A DNA stretch of 64,000 nucleotides. Source: a virus. Lineage: Duplodnaviria > Caudoviricetes. Positions 1 through 8,747 of this stretch are shown piece by piece (position 1 is the stretch's first letter; the number at the start of each line of letters is the position of its first letter). The stretch lies in the IMG/VR virus record IMGVR_UViG_3300008116_000002. One strand, given 5' to 3'. The notes below the pieces were generated by a model. That model was not told the DNA's origin and searched no databases. It saw only the letters and a program-made list of their open reading frames with translations. Both the position numbers and the translations under genes were made by a program.

Positions 1-2
1 TT

Positions 3-194
3 TTGGTAGATGATCTTTGTGATTCAGGCAAAACCTTAATTGGAATAAAAGAGTTATATTCCTTTTGCGATATTGACACGGCGGTGTTATTATATAATGT
101 GGATCAAATCCATGTACCAACATACTATGCTAAAGAATTTAGTAGAAAAGAACAAAAAGAATTTATTGATTTCTGGTGGGAAGATTATAAATAA
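3..194 (+). CDS. Type I phosphoribosyltransferase, C-terminal part (truncated by window start)
   Basis: PRPP-binding motif VDDLCDSGKT; directly upstream of folE. Confidence 0.8.
   Translation: MVDDLCDSGKTLIGIKELYSFCDIDTAVLLYNVDQIHVPTYYAKEFSRKEQKEFIDFWWEDYK
186..193 (+). promoter_or_regulatory. T4-type late promoter TATAAATA upstream of folE
   Basis: Exact TATAAATA, followed by hairpin TGTCAC/GTGACA (198-215). Confidence 0.55.
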
Positions 195-254
195 CTATGT
201 CACATAAAGGTGACAAATTTCTAAACTCATATCCGTGTAAGGAAGGATTCAAAA

Positions 255-932
255 ATGTCATATAACAAAACAAAAACTGACCCTGAACTTGGTGCAAGGG
301 TACATGAACATCTTGTAAAGATGGGCGTGGAAACTCCCTCATTTAAAACAACACTAGACCGTAAAGATAAGATTGCAGAAATTGAAAAAAGTTTCAGTCA
401 TATCATGCAGGTATTGGGTCTTGATTTAGACGACGATAGTCTAGCAGAAACTCCAAAGCGTGTTGCTAAGATGTACGTGAATGAAATTTTCTGGGGACTA
501 GATTACGACGCATTCCCTAAGTGTACTACTGTTGATAATAAGATGCATTACAATGAAATGGTAGTAGAACGTAATGTCATTGTTCAAAGTAATTGCGAAC
601 ATCACTTTGTAGTTATTGACGGTCTTGCTACAGTAGCATATGTACCTAATAAAAAAGTATTGGGACTAAGTAAAATTAATCGTATTGTGGAATACTTTAG
701 TAAGCGTCCACAGATTCAGGAACGTCTAACAGAGCAAATTTTTCATGCACTAAGTTATATTCTTGAAACAGATGATGTCGCAGTAATGATTGATGCTCAG
801 CATTACTGTGTAAAATCTCGAGGCGTAGAAGATACGGGCAGTTCGACAGTAACAGTTCGTCTCGGTGGTGGCTTTAAAACCGATCCTGCAGCAAGAAATG
901 AATTTTTAAGTATTGCCCGAATGGGAAAATAA
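255..932 (+). CDS. folE: GTP cyclohydrolase I
   Basis: ETPKRVAKMY, SNCEHHF, GLSKINRIVEYFSKRPQIQERLT, HYCVKSRG motifs. Confidence 0.97.
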   Translation: MSYNKTKTDPELGARVHEHLVKMGVETPSFKTTLDRKDKIAEIEKSFSHIMQVLGLDLDDDSLAETPKRVAKMYVNEIFWGLDYDAFPKCTTVDNKMHYNEMVVERNVIVQSNCEHHFVVIDGLATVAYVPNKKVLGLSKINRIVEYFSKRPQIQERLTEQIFHALSYILETDDVAVMIDAQHYCVKSRGVEDTGSSTVTVRLGGGFKTDPAARNEFLSIARMGK

Positions 933-1445
933 ATGACAGTTAATATTATGGTTGATCTGGAGACAATGTCTACTAGATCACACGCTGCGATTTGTTCAAT
1001 AGGTGCAGTAAAGTTTGAAGGTAAAGAGATTCTCGATACCTTTTACTGCACCATTGACTTACGAACCTGCAAAGATGTTGGATTGCATATATCTAAAGAA
1101 ACTGTGGAGTGGTGGTCAAAGCAAAACAAAGAAGCACTAAGAGCTTTAACTAAAGACACAATACCTTTGCAAGAAGCCTTAGATAAATTTGAGATTTGGT
1201 TAGGTCCTAAAAGTTTACCTGTCTGGGGGAATGGTGCAGTATTTGATAATACAATTCTTGCTAATGCATATTTTTATTCGGGTAGAGAACCTCCTTGGAA
1301 ATGTTGGGATGACAGATGTTATCGAACGGTTAAGAATTTATTCCATTGGATTCCTGCAGACGAGAGAGAAGGTGTTTATCATAATGCTTTAGATGATGCT
1401 ATGTATCAGACAAAACATTTAATAAAGATTTTAGGTGAAGAATGA
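933..1445 (+). CDS. DEDDh 3'-5' exonuclease (RNase T/DnaQ-like, phage type)
   Basis: VDLET, WGNGAVFD, HNALDDA motifs. Confidence 0.85.
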   Translation: MTVNIMVDLETMSTRSHAAICSIGAVKFEGKEILDTFYCTIDLRTCKDVGLHISKETVEWWSKQNKEALRALTKDTIPLQEALDKFEIWLGPKSLPVWGNGAVFDNTILANAYFYSGREPPWKCWDDRCYRTVKNLFHWIPADEREGVYHNALDDAMYQTKHLIKILGEE

Positions 1446-2806
1446 ATACGTATCGTAAAAGAATTGCATTTTGCTTAAGTGATCAACATACTATCCCTCA
1501 TGGTGGCCTTGGTCAATTTGCTAAATCCTTCGTTGAGACTTTTACCCCTCTCGGATATAAGATCGATATCATCACAGACAAACCCACAACCAATTTAGAT
1601 TTTAAAAAATATTTAGAATCAGTTGGTGCTAACTTCGAATGGTGTCCTCAACCAATATCATATAGTAATCACACCAAAACATTTATGTTTGAAGATTCCT
1701 ATAACTTTGAGAAGATGGCATCGTTTAGAGATGCTATGATGCATGCTTTAAGTAGAAATCTCTATGACATTATTATCTGCAACACATTAGAATCTTTTCC
1801 CGCAATCTATTCGTTGAACCTACACAAAAATGTACAAATTATTTACTATACTCACAACGAAAGTATGGTATTTCTTGATGACAGAACTTGGAAGAATGAA
1901 TTTACAGAATCCTTTAACGAGGTGTTCAACGCATTGATGCGTGTTAAAGGCATTACTATAGGTACACAGACAGAGAGAAATTTAGTAGAATTAAATCATA
2001 ATGGTATTTTAAATTCAGAGTGTTTACCGATTCCAATGACTGAAACTAGTTTGTTGGAAGAAAATTTTAATATTAGAGAAGGTATTCTTTGGATCGGTCG
2101 TTGGGAGCCAAGAAAGAATCCTGATGAATATATTCGAGTAATTAAAGAAACAGGATTGCCTGCAAAAATTATTACCAATACAAATGGTGCAAAAAAGTTC
2201 GCAGCTGAACTAGATGCAATAGGCGCTAAATATGAGATGAAGGTTGGGGTGTATGGAAAAGAGAAATCTGATTTTCTAAGATCTGCTAGGATAGCATATA
2301 ACCCTGCTATTCGAGAAAGTTTTGGATTGGCATTTTGGGAAACGCTTGGACATATGCCAACCTTTGCTTTAGATGGTATGTCTTGGTTGAAAAATTTTAA
2401 TAGTACTTTTTACTTTGCCGAAAGTAAAAATGTAATGGTCAATAAAATTAAAGATGCCTACGAAAAATATTCTAATCCAAAAGATTGGTATGATACTGGA
2501 GCATTAGAATATGTTAAGAACATTAATAACGAAGGTATCAAAAAATGGATTGCCTGCTTTGATAGTTTTAAACCAACTCAATCAAATTCAGATAAAGCAA
2601 AAATTAATGAAGTGGAAACCACATCATATAAAGAGTTCATTATAAGTCTAGAAAGAAAGGCTTTGGCTATCGACGATGTCAAATCTGTATTGACAAACAA
2701 AGGAAAATTTAATATAATCTATACTGATGAGAACACTTATTTAACCAAAGATAAAGACTTTATACCAACCGAAAGAAGTAACTCCTTAGAAAGTTTATTT
2801 GTATGA
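1442..2806 (+). CDS. GT-B (GT4-like) glycosyltransferase
   Basis: N-terminal HGGLGQF, WIGRWEPRKNP, and ESFGLAFWE (EX7E) motif. Confidence 0.8.
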   Translation: MNTYRKRIAFCLSDQHTIPHGGLGQFAKSFVETFTPLGYKIDIITDKPTTNLDFKKYLESVGANFEWCPQPISYSNHTKTFMFEDSYNFEKMASFRDAMMHALSRNLYDIIICNTLESFPAIYSLNLHKNVQIIYYTHNESMVFLDDRTWKNEFTESFNEVFNALMRVKGITIGTQTERNLVELNHNGILNSECLPIPMTETSLLEENFNIREGILWIGRWEPRKNPDEYIRVIKETGLPAKIITNTNGAKKFAAELDAIGAKYEMKVGVYGKEKSDFLRSARIAYNPAIRESFGLAFWETLGHMPTFALDGMSWLKNFNSTFYFAESKNVMVNKIKDAYEKYSNPKDWYDTGALEYVKNINNEGIKKWIACFDSFKPTQSNSDKAKINEVETTSYKEFIISLERKALAIDDVKSVLTNKGKFNIIYTDENTYLTKDKDFIPTERSNSLESLFV

Positions 2807-4092
2807 GCAAACAATTAGAATATGTTATATCAGGTCCTGCATACTTAAGACTGGGTGCAGAGCAATGTAATGATCCTGAGACTTTAGACATGATTAATAG
2901 CATGATTCTAAATACTGTTCACAATAAAAATAACCATCAGTTTTCTCTTTTGTATAATGGATTTACAGAAAAGAACTTTGGAGCCAAATTACAAAAGTAC
3001 AGACCAGCAATTAAAAATATTCATGCAGACTCAGGCGGTCTGCAAATTATTACTAGGGGTCTACAAAATACTCCTGAGACAAGAGAAAAGGTTTATACGA
3101 ATCAAGGAACCTATGCAGACATAGGTATGGCATTTGACGAAATTCCTGTTAAGGCAACAACTTCATCTGGCACTAGTTCTAAGATTGATACTAAGCGTCG
3201 CTATGTAGATATAGAAAATTTTGATGCTTATGCAAAGCAAACAGGTAAGAATGTAAAAGATCAGATTGAAAAATTTGATGCTATGGGAAGTAAATGCCGA
3301 CCATTTGTTATTGTACAAGGATCGGGTCATGATACCTATGCTAGATGGTCTGAGTTATTATTAAAAGAAATACCACAAAATTTACACAACAGAATAGGCG
3401 GAGTTGCTATGGGATCCGCTGCTTTAGGCATGGGTCCTTTGGAAGATGTTAAACGAGCATTTTATGCAACGACTGTTCCTTTTGATAAACCTTTTCATCT
3501 ACACGTTCTTGGTGTAGGTGCATTAAAACGAATCCTTCCTTATCTATTGTTTAGTCAAACTGGTTTATATGAAGGCATAGATATTTCATATGACTCAACT
3601 ACACATTCTATGTCGCTGGACAATGGATTGTTTTATTTCTCATTTAGCAAAAAGAATGCGCCAGGTGATTATGGCGGATCATCTGTAAAAATGGGAAGGG
3701 CATATTCTAATATTTACAGAACAGTATCTGAAGAAATTAATTCTGTATGTGGTACATCATATGACCCCGAGGAGTATCACAAGTTAATGAATATTGCTGT
3801 TGGACAATATTTAGAAGAAGGCGGAAAGTTTATTGACATTATGAGAGCAAGATTGGGGTTTATTCTAACCAATGTACATAATTTTACATATGACGTTTCT
3901 AATCTAATGAATTCTAAAGAAGCATTTTTAAAATTCTGCAGAGAAAAGAATTGTGAAAACGAATATGCCACATTATTTGACGTAAAAACAATTGATGACT
4001 TCAATCATTGGGAATCTCAGGTAGGTAAATTTATGGATTCAGAGCCAGTGAATATTGTAGCACCATCTTCACTTGAGGAGTTATTTGCATGA
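2803..4092 (+). CDS. dpdA: TGT-family transglycosylase, probable DNA 7-deazaguanine transglycosylase (DpdA-like)
   Basis: HADSGGLQ (TGT DSGGFQ-like), AFDEIP, VQG, HLHVLGVG and YDSTT motifs; context with folE/queD. Confidence 0.72.
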   Translation: MSKQLEYVISGPAYLRLGAEQCNDPETLDMINSMILNTVHNKNNHQFSLLYNGFTEKNFGAKLQKYRPAIKNIHADSGGLQIITRGLQNTPETREKVYTNQGTYADIGMAFDEIPVKATTSSGTSSKIDTKRRYVDIENFDAYAKQTGKNVKDQIEKFDAMGSKCRPFVIVQGSGHDTYARWSELLLKEIPQNLHNRIGGVAMGSAALGMGPLEDVKRAFYATTVPFDKPFHLHVLGVGALKRILPYLLFSQTGLYEGIDISYDSTTHSMSLDNGLFYFSFSKKNAPGDYGGSSVKMGRAYSNIYRTVSEEINSVCGTSYDPEEYHKLMNIAVGQYLEEGGKFIDIMRARLGFILTNVHNFTYDVSNLMNSKEAFLKFCREKNCENEYATLFDVKTIDDFNHWESQVGKFMDSEPVNIVAPSSLEELFA

Positions 4093-4484
4093 TTATTAGG
4101 CAAGACGTTAGACCCAATAAAATGATCTGGGTTACCTTTCGCAAAGAAGGTATTCATTGTTATCCCGCAGCAGCCACAGATCCTAATCTAGCAACAGGAG
4201 ACAAATATGATGTTTCGTTCCTTGCCAATCCTCATCGGCATATTTTTCATTTCAGGGTGTGGATCTCCATCACTCACAATGACCGTGATATCGAGTTCAT
4301 CCAATTCAAACGGTGGTTGGAATCATTGTATTCAGGGGAAGAAGATTGTTTGCGATTGGACTACAAATCATGCGAGATGATGTCAGATGAATTATATGAA
4401 AGAATAACACAAAGATATCCTAATAGAGAAGTTTGGATTGAAGTATCCGAAGATGGTGAGAATGGTTCTTTTATTAAATACTGA
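4089..4484 (+). CDS. QueD-like T-fold protein, DpdL-like
   Basis: LANPHRHIF fits LxxxHRHxF; SCEM and EVSEDGEN resemble QueD C-terminal motifs; overlaps the dpdA stop. Confidence 0.6.
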   Translation: MIIRQDVRPNKMIWVTFRKEGIHCYPAAATDPNLATGDKYDVSFLANPHRHIFHFRVWISITHNDRDIEFIQFKRWLESLYSGEEDCLRLDYKSCEMMSDELYERITQRYPNREVWIEVSEDGENGSFIKY

Positions 4485-4491
4485 GGTTTAA

Positions 4492-5670
4492 ATGAATAAA
4501 TTATATTACATGGGCTTAGAGCCTTACGAAGGTAGATATACTCTTCAGCTTCAACAATGGAATGAAGAAGTATTTAAACGTCGAGGCATTAATTATGAAA
4601 TTATTCATGGTGATACCTTAGATAATTCTAAAGCAATTGTCACGGGACAAGTATTAGATGCACATGGAAGAAGCTATTATTCTTTGACGCAGATGGCAAA
4701 GCTTGTTCAAAAGATGAAAGCGGGCGAAATAAGATATGATGATGTAATTTTCTTTGAGGATATGTTTACCCCCGGTATAGAAGCTCTTCCATATATTATG
4801 GATCAGTGTGGCTGGGAATATCAACCAAGAGTTTTTGTTCGTTGTCTAGCACAGACTATTGATCCTGATGACTTTCTTCATGTCTGGGATATGCAGGAGT
4901 GGATGGCACATTATGAGAAGATGGTAAATGTATGGGTAAACGGAGTTCTTGCTTCTAATGAAGAAATGGTAGCCCATATGAAAATTGCAGGTTGGAATGT
5001 TCCTATGTATAATATTTCTGGTCTTGCTTTTAGTAAAGATGAAGTTAGAAGTAGAGTTAAGGAAATTAAACCTTTTCAGGAAAGAAAAAATCGAGTTGTC
5101 TTTGCTGCAAGATTCGATCAAGAAAAACAACCTGATTTCTTTATGGATATTGTAGAACATTATGGGCCTAATTCTGATATAGAATTTGCAGTATTGTCAG
5201 GTGGCCCATTACGCAGCAATGATGAAAAATATTTAGAAAGAGCAAAGCAACTTCAGGCTACTAATTCTAATTTTAAAATTTATGAAAATTTGCAAAAGAA
5301 TGAATATTATGAAATTCTTGCAGATTCGAAAGTTCTATTTAATTGCGCACTACAGGATTGGGTAAGTAATACTGCATCAGAAGCAGACGCTCTAGGAACA
5401 AATTGTTTATTTCCTGCGTATAGATCATTCCCTGAGACTTTTGCTAATGATGCAGAATGCCTTTATATCCCTTGGTCAAAAGAAGACGCTACAAATAAAC
5501 TTGAATGTTTATTAGAATTTCCTAGAAGCAATATAGGTAAACTAGCAGATTGGACTTCAGGAACTATTGATAGATGTTTAGATATTATTCTTTCAAATCC
5601 TGCAGCAAATGAGTATAATAGAAATGTTAAAACATATCGAAACTTTTTAGCACAAAGTAAATATGAATAA
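4492..5670 (+). CDS. GT-B glycosyltransferase (possible DNA glycosyltransferase)
   Basis: FAARFDQEKQP and DWVSNTASE acceptor/donor-type motifs; lies inside the deazaguanine cluster. Confidence 0.7.
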   Translation: MNKLYYMGLEPYEGRYTLQLQQWNEEVFKRRGINYEIIHGDTLDNSKAIVTGQVLDAHGRSYYSLTQMAKLVQKMKAGEIRYDDVIFFEDMFTPGIEALPYIMDQCGWEYQPRVFVRCLAQTIDPDDFLHVWDMQEWMAHYEKMVNVWVNGVLASNEEMVAHMKIAGWNVPMYNISGLAFSKDEVRSRVKEIKPFQERKNRVVFAARFDQEKQPDFFMDIVEHYGPNSDIEFAVLSGGPLRSNDEKYLERAKQLQATNSNFKIYENLQKNEYYEILADSKVLFNCALQDWVSNTASEADALGTNCLFPAYRSFPETFANDAECLYIPWSKEDATNKLECLLEFPRSNIGKLADWTSGTIDRCLDIILSNPAANEYNRNVKTYRNFLAQSKYE

Positions 5671-6652
5671 TACTGTTATTGTAACGGGTGCCGCCGGTTA
5701 TATCGGTGGTACCATATGCGCTAAGCTCAAAGAAAAGGGGTATTCTGTTGTAGGTATAGATAGAAGAGAATTGCCCTCTCATCTATATCAATACATAGAC
5801 CATTTCCTTAAGGTAGATTTTACACATGAGTTTTCTTTAAGGCGTATTGACAGAAAACCGTTGGCGGTTATTCATTGCGCCGGAACAAGTTTAGTTGGTC
5901 CTAGTATTGAAAATCCAAGTGGTTATTATGACAATAATGTAGTTAAAACTTTAAAGTATATAGATTACATAAGATCTCATTCTCCATATACTAAATTTAT
6001 TTTTAGTAGTAGTGCATCTGTATATGGTAATCCGATGAGTTCAAAACCAATTACTGAAAATTTTGACACTAACCCGATCTCGCCATACGGTCAGTCTAAA
6101 TTGATGACTGAGATGATGCTAAAATCTTTTAAAAGTGCCTATGATTTAAAATATGTTTCATTCAGATATTTTAATGCGTGCGGTGCCTTAAGCGATGGCG
6201 CACATGGTCAGGATCCCGATGCAACGCATATATTTGCCAGACTCTTTGAATCAATAAAAAAAGAAACACAATTCTTTTTAAATGGCAAAGATTATGTAAC
6301 AAAGGATGGAACCTGCATACGAGATTATGTCCATGTAGAGGATATAGCCAATGCACACATAATAGCTATTGAAAAAAATATCGAAGGGATATATAATATA
6401 GGATCAGATACAGGTACGTCTAATCTAGAAATTATTAAACAGGTAGGTAAATTTTTCGGGAAACCTCTATCAATAGAGATTAAAGAACAAAGAATGGGGG
6501 ATCCCGCAATTTTAGTTGCAAGTGCTAAAAAGTTATCTGATGAAACAGGCTGGAAAGCAGAACATAGTATCAAAAAAATTATTAAAGATTTAAATGATTG
6601 GTATGACTCTGAAAACTATGCCAAGAGGACTAAGGCAATCATCCCTCTATAA
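5663..6652 (+). CDS. galE: UDP-glucose 4-epimerase
   Basis: TGAAGYIG, FSSSASVYG, YGQSK, RYFNACGA, CIRDYVHV motifs. Confidence 0.9.
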   Translation: MNNTVIVTGAAGYIGGTICAKLKEKGYSVVGIDRRELPSHLYQYIDHFLKVDFTHEFSLRRIDRKPLAVIHCAGTSLVGPSIENPSGYYDNNVVKTLKYIDYIRSHSPYTKFIFSSSASVYGNPMSSKPITENFDTNPISPYGQSKLMTEMMLKSFKSAYDLKYVSFRYFNACGALSDGAHGQDPDATHIFARLFESIKKETQFFLNGKDYVTKDGTCIRDYVHVEDIANAHIIAIEKNIEGIYNIGSDTGTSNLEIIKQVGKFFGKPLSIEIKEQRMGDPAILVASAKKLSDETGWKAEHSIKKIIKDLNDWYDSENYAKRTKAIIPL

Positions 6653-6666
6653 AGACTCTGCTTGCT
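6624..6666 (+). promoter_or_regulatory. Candidate H-type pseudoknot (preQ1-I-like) in the queD leader
   Basis: AGAGG(6624-28)/CCTCT(6644-48) stem, A-rich tail ATAAAG, loop GGCAA(6634-38) complementary to TTGCT(6662-66); SD AGGAG at 6682-86. Confidence 0.4.
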
Positions 6667-6693
6667 GTCAAACTTGCTCATAGGAGACTAGAG

Positions 6694-7221
6694 ATGGCAA
6701 AATTTTATTCAACAAAAACTTATGGTAATGACAGAGGATTGTCATGTTGTTTCAGACAATGGCGTGCTACACATAGTCATTGTTCAACATTGCATGGTTA
6801 CTCAATTGGTATTAAACTCATATTTGAATGCGATACACTAGATGATAAAAATTGGTGTATGGACTTTGGTGGTCTTAAAGAATTCAAAGCATGGGCAGAT
6901 CATATGTTCGATCACACATTAGTTGTTGCAGAAGACGACCCGCTGTTAGATCGTTTTAAAGAAATGAGCGGCTGGAGTTCTAATCCAGAGCATGACGGCA
7001 ATCCTGAGCGAGTACAAGTAGAACCATATCGCAGATCGGGTGTTTGTGATCTACGTATTGTACCTTCTGTAGGATGTGAAATGTTTGCTAAACTATGCTA
7101 TGACAAAATGGCAGAACTGTTGGCATCAGGTAGTATGCGCTATCCAATCAATCCAAGCGTAAGAGTAAAATCTGTAGAAGTATTTGAACATGCAGGTAAC
7201 TCTGCTACATATGAAGGATAA
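6694..7221 (+). CDS. queD: 6-carboxy-5,6,7,8-tetrahydropterin synthase
   Basis: HCSTLHGY, MDFGGLK, FDH, GCE and VEVFEH motifs. Confidence 0.88.
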   Translation: MAKFYSTKTYGNDRGLSCCFRQWRATHSHCSTLHGYSIGIKLIFECDTLDDKNWCMDFGGLKEFKAWADHMFDHTLVVAEDDPLLDRFKEMSGWSSNPEHDGNPERVQVEPYRRSGVCDLRIVPSVGCEMFAKLCYDKMAELLASGSMRYPINPSVRVKSVEVFEHAGNSATYEG

Positions 7222-7717
7222 AACAAATATAGCAAAAGGTGTCAATAGTAAGGATGAGAAGATAGGTGATTTGACTGTAGCATTTATTAATCAAAGCACT
7301 TCTGAATATCCCGTTACTGTTGGCACCGCAAAGTTTGAACCTGTTCCCGTAACTAAACAAAAAGATTTAATGTTGAATGTAGCTAGACTACATGCACAAC
7401 AAGAGTATGATAGAATAATGGAATTAGTTGCTGTGCTTCAAAAGCAAGCTAAGCAAATTATGAAGCGGCTGGAGTTTACAGATAAAGTCCATGCTGCAGA
7501 ATATAAGTTTCAAATTTATCATGGACAATGTTATTGGTTAGCCTTTGATCTTAATATTAAAAAATATATTTTACACCACTTAGGACCAAATGATTGGTCT
7601 ACTGGCACACCCGATAATTTACAATACGTTACTCGTGTCAAATGGTTAGGTGATCATACCTGGTTAGAAGTCGATGAACATGGAAATACAATAAATGAAA
7701 ATAGCGCTAGTTACTGA
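7211..7717 (+). CDS. Conserved hypothetical protein (DUF2452-like)
   Basis: Start reassigned to ATG 7211; pattern ARLHAQQEYDRI...FQIYHGQCYWL recalled from this family. Confidence 0.55.
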   Translation: MKDKTNIAKGVNSKDEKIGDLTVAFINQSTSEYPVTVGTAKFEPVPVTKQKDLMLNVARLHAQQEYDRIMELVAVLQKQAKQIMKRLEFTDKVHAAEYKFQIYHGQCYWLAFDLNIKKYILHHLGPNDWSTGTPDNLQYVTRVKWLGDHTWLEVDEHGNTINENSASY

Positions 7718-8747
7718 TACACACTTTGGTGCAAGATCAGACTCCTTGGCATTTGATGCTTACTTCAAAAAGTTTTATCAAGAAGTATTTTTCCCAGAAT
7801 TAGATAAGAGAGGCATTGAAAAGATAATACATCTTGGAGATTGCTTTGATCGTCGCAAATATGTAAATTTTAATTCTTTGAAATCCTGCAGAGAGTATTT
7901 CTTCGATGAGGTAACTAAAAGAAATATTCAAATGGACATGATCGTAGGTAACCATGATACATTTTTTAAAAATACCAATGATGTAAATTCGCCTGATCTT
8001 TTACTAGGAGAATATAATAACATACTAGCATTTGATCGCCCGACGGAAGTAGATGGTATCGTTTACTTGCCTTGGTTGTGTGCAGATAATTATCATGAAG
8101 CAACTGATCTAATTAAGAAAACTAAATCAAAAGTTTGTTTCGGACATTTAGAAATTGCAGGTTTCGTAATGTTCAAAGGACAAAACACTCATGAATCGCA
8201 TGAAGGATTAGATCCCGGGATGTTTAAGAAATTTGATTTAGTATGCTCTGGTCATTACCACCACAAACATAGCAAAGGTAATATACATTATCTAGGTAAT
8301 CCCTATCAGATGTTTTGGAATGATCATGAAGATGATCGTGGATTCCATATATTTGATACTGAAACTTTAGAGTTAGAGTTTATTAAAAATCCTTTTTCTA
8401 TCTTTGAGAAATATTACTACGATGATGAGAAAGAGGATCCCGATTCTATAGATTCGGATGTGTTTGCTAAAAAATTAATTAAACTTATTGTTGTCAATAA
8501 AAAGGACTTCGTAAAATTTGATAGGTTTATAGAAAGAATATATTCAAAAGAACCTATTGAATTAAAAATTATTGAGGACTTTTCTGAATTCGAAGCCGAA
8601 GCACTAGACGAATCTATTGACTTAGAAGACACAATGACATTATTATCTAACTATGTAGATAGTGTAGAGACAGATGCCGATAGAGATAAAATAAAAGGTA
8701 TTCTGAGAACACTATACGTTGAAGCGCAGCACTATGAGGAAGCATGA
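7695..8747 (+). CDS. gp47: T4 gp47-like recombination endonuclease subunit (Mre11/SbcD family)
   Basis: DTHFG, LGD, VGNHD, GH and SGHYH metallophosphoesterase motifs; adjacent to gp46. Confidence 0.95.
   Translation: MKIALVTDTHFGARSDSLAFDAYFKKFYQEVFFPELDKRGIEKIIHLGDCFDRRKYVNFNSLKSCREYFFDEVTKRNIQMDMIVGNHDTFFKNTNDVNSPDLLLGEYNNILAFDRPTEVDGIVYLPWLCADNYHEATDLIKKTKSKVCFGHLEIAGFVMFKGQNTHESHEGLDPGMFKKFDLVCSGHYHHKHSKGNIHYLGNPYQMFWNDHEDDRGFHIFDTETLELEFIKNPFSIFEKYYYDDEKEDPDSIDSDVFAKKLIKLIVVNKKDFVKFDRFIERIYSKEPIELKIIEDFSEFEAEALDESIDLEDTMTLLSNYVDSVETDADRDKIKGILRTLYVEAQHYEEA

Noticed and set aside
7211-7717. Absence of gp55 late sigma factor just upstream of gp47
   Set aside because: Late promoters are present, so gp55 is probably elsewhere in the genome; nothing can be concluded from one window.
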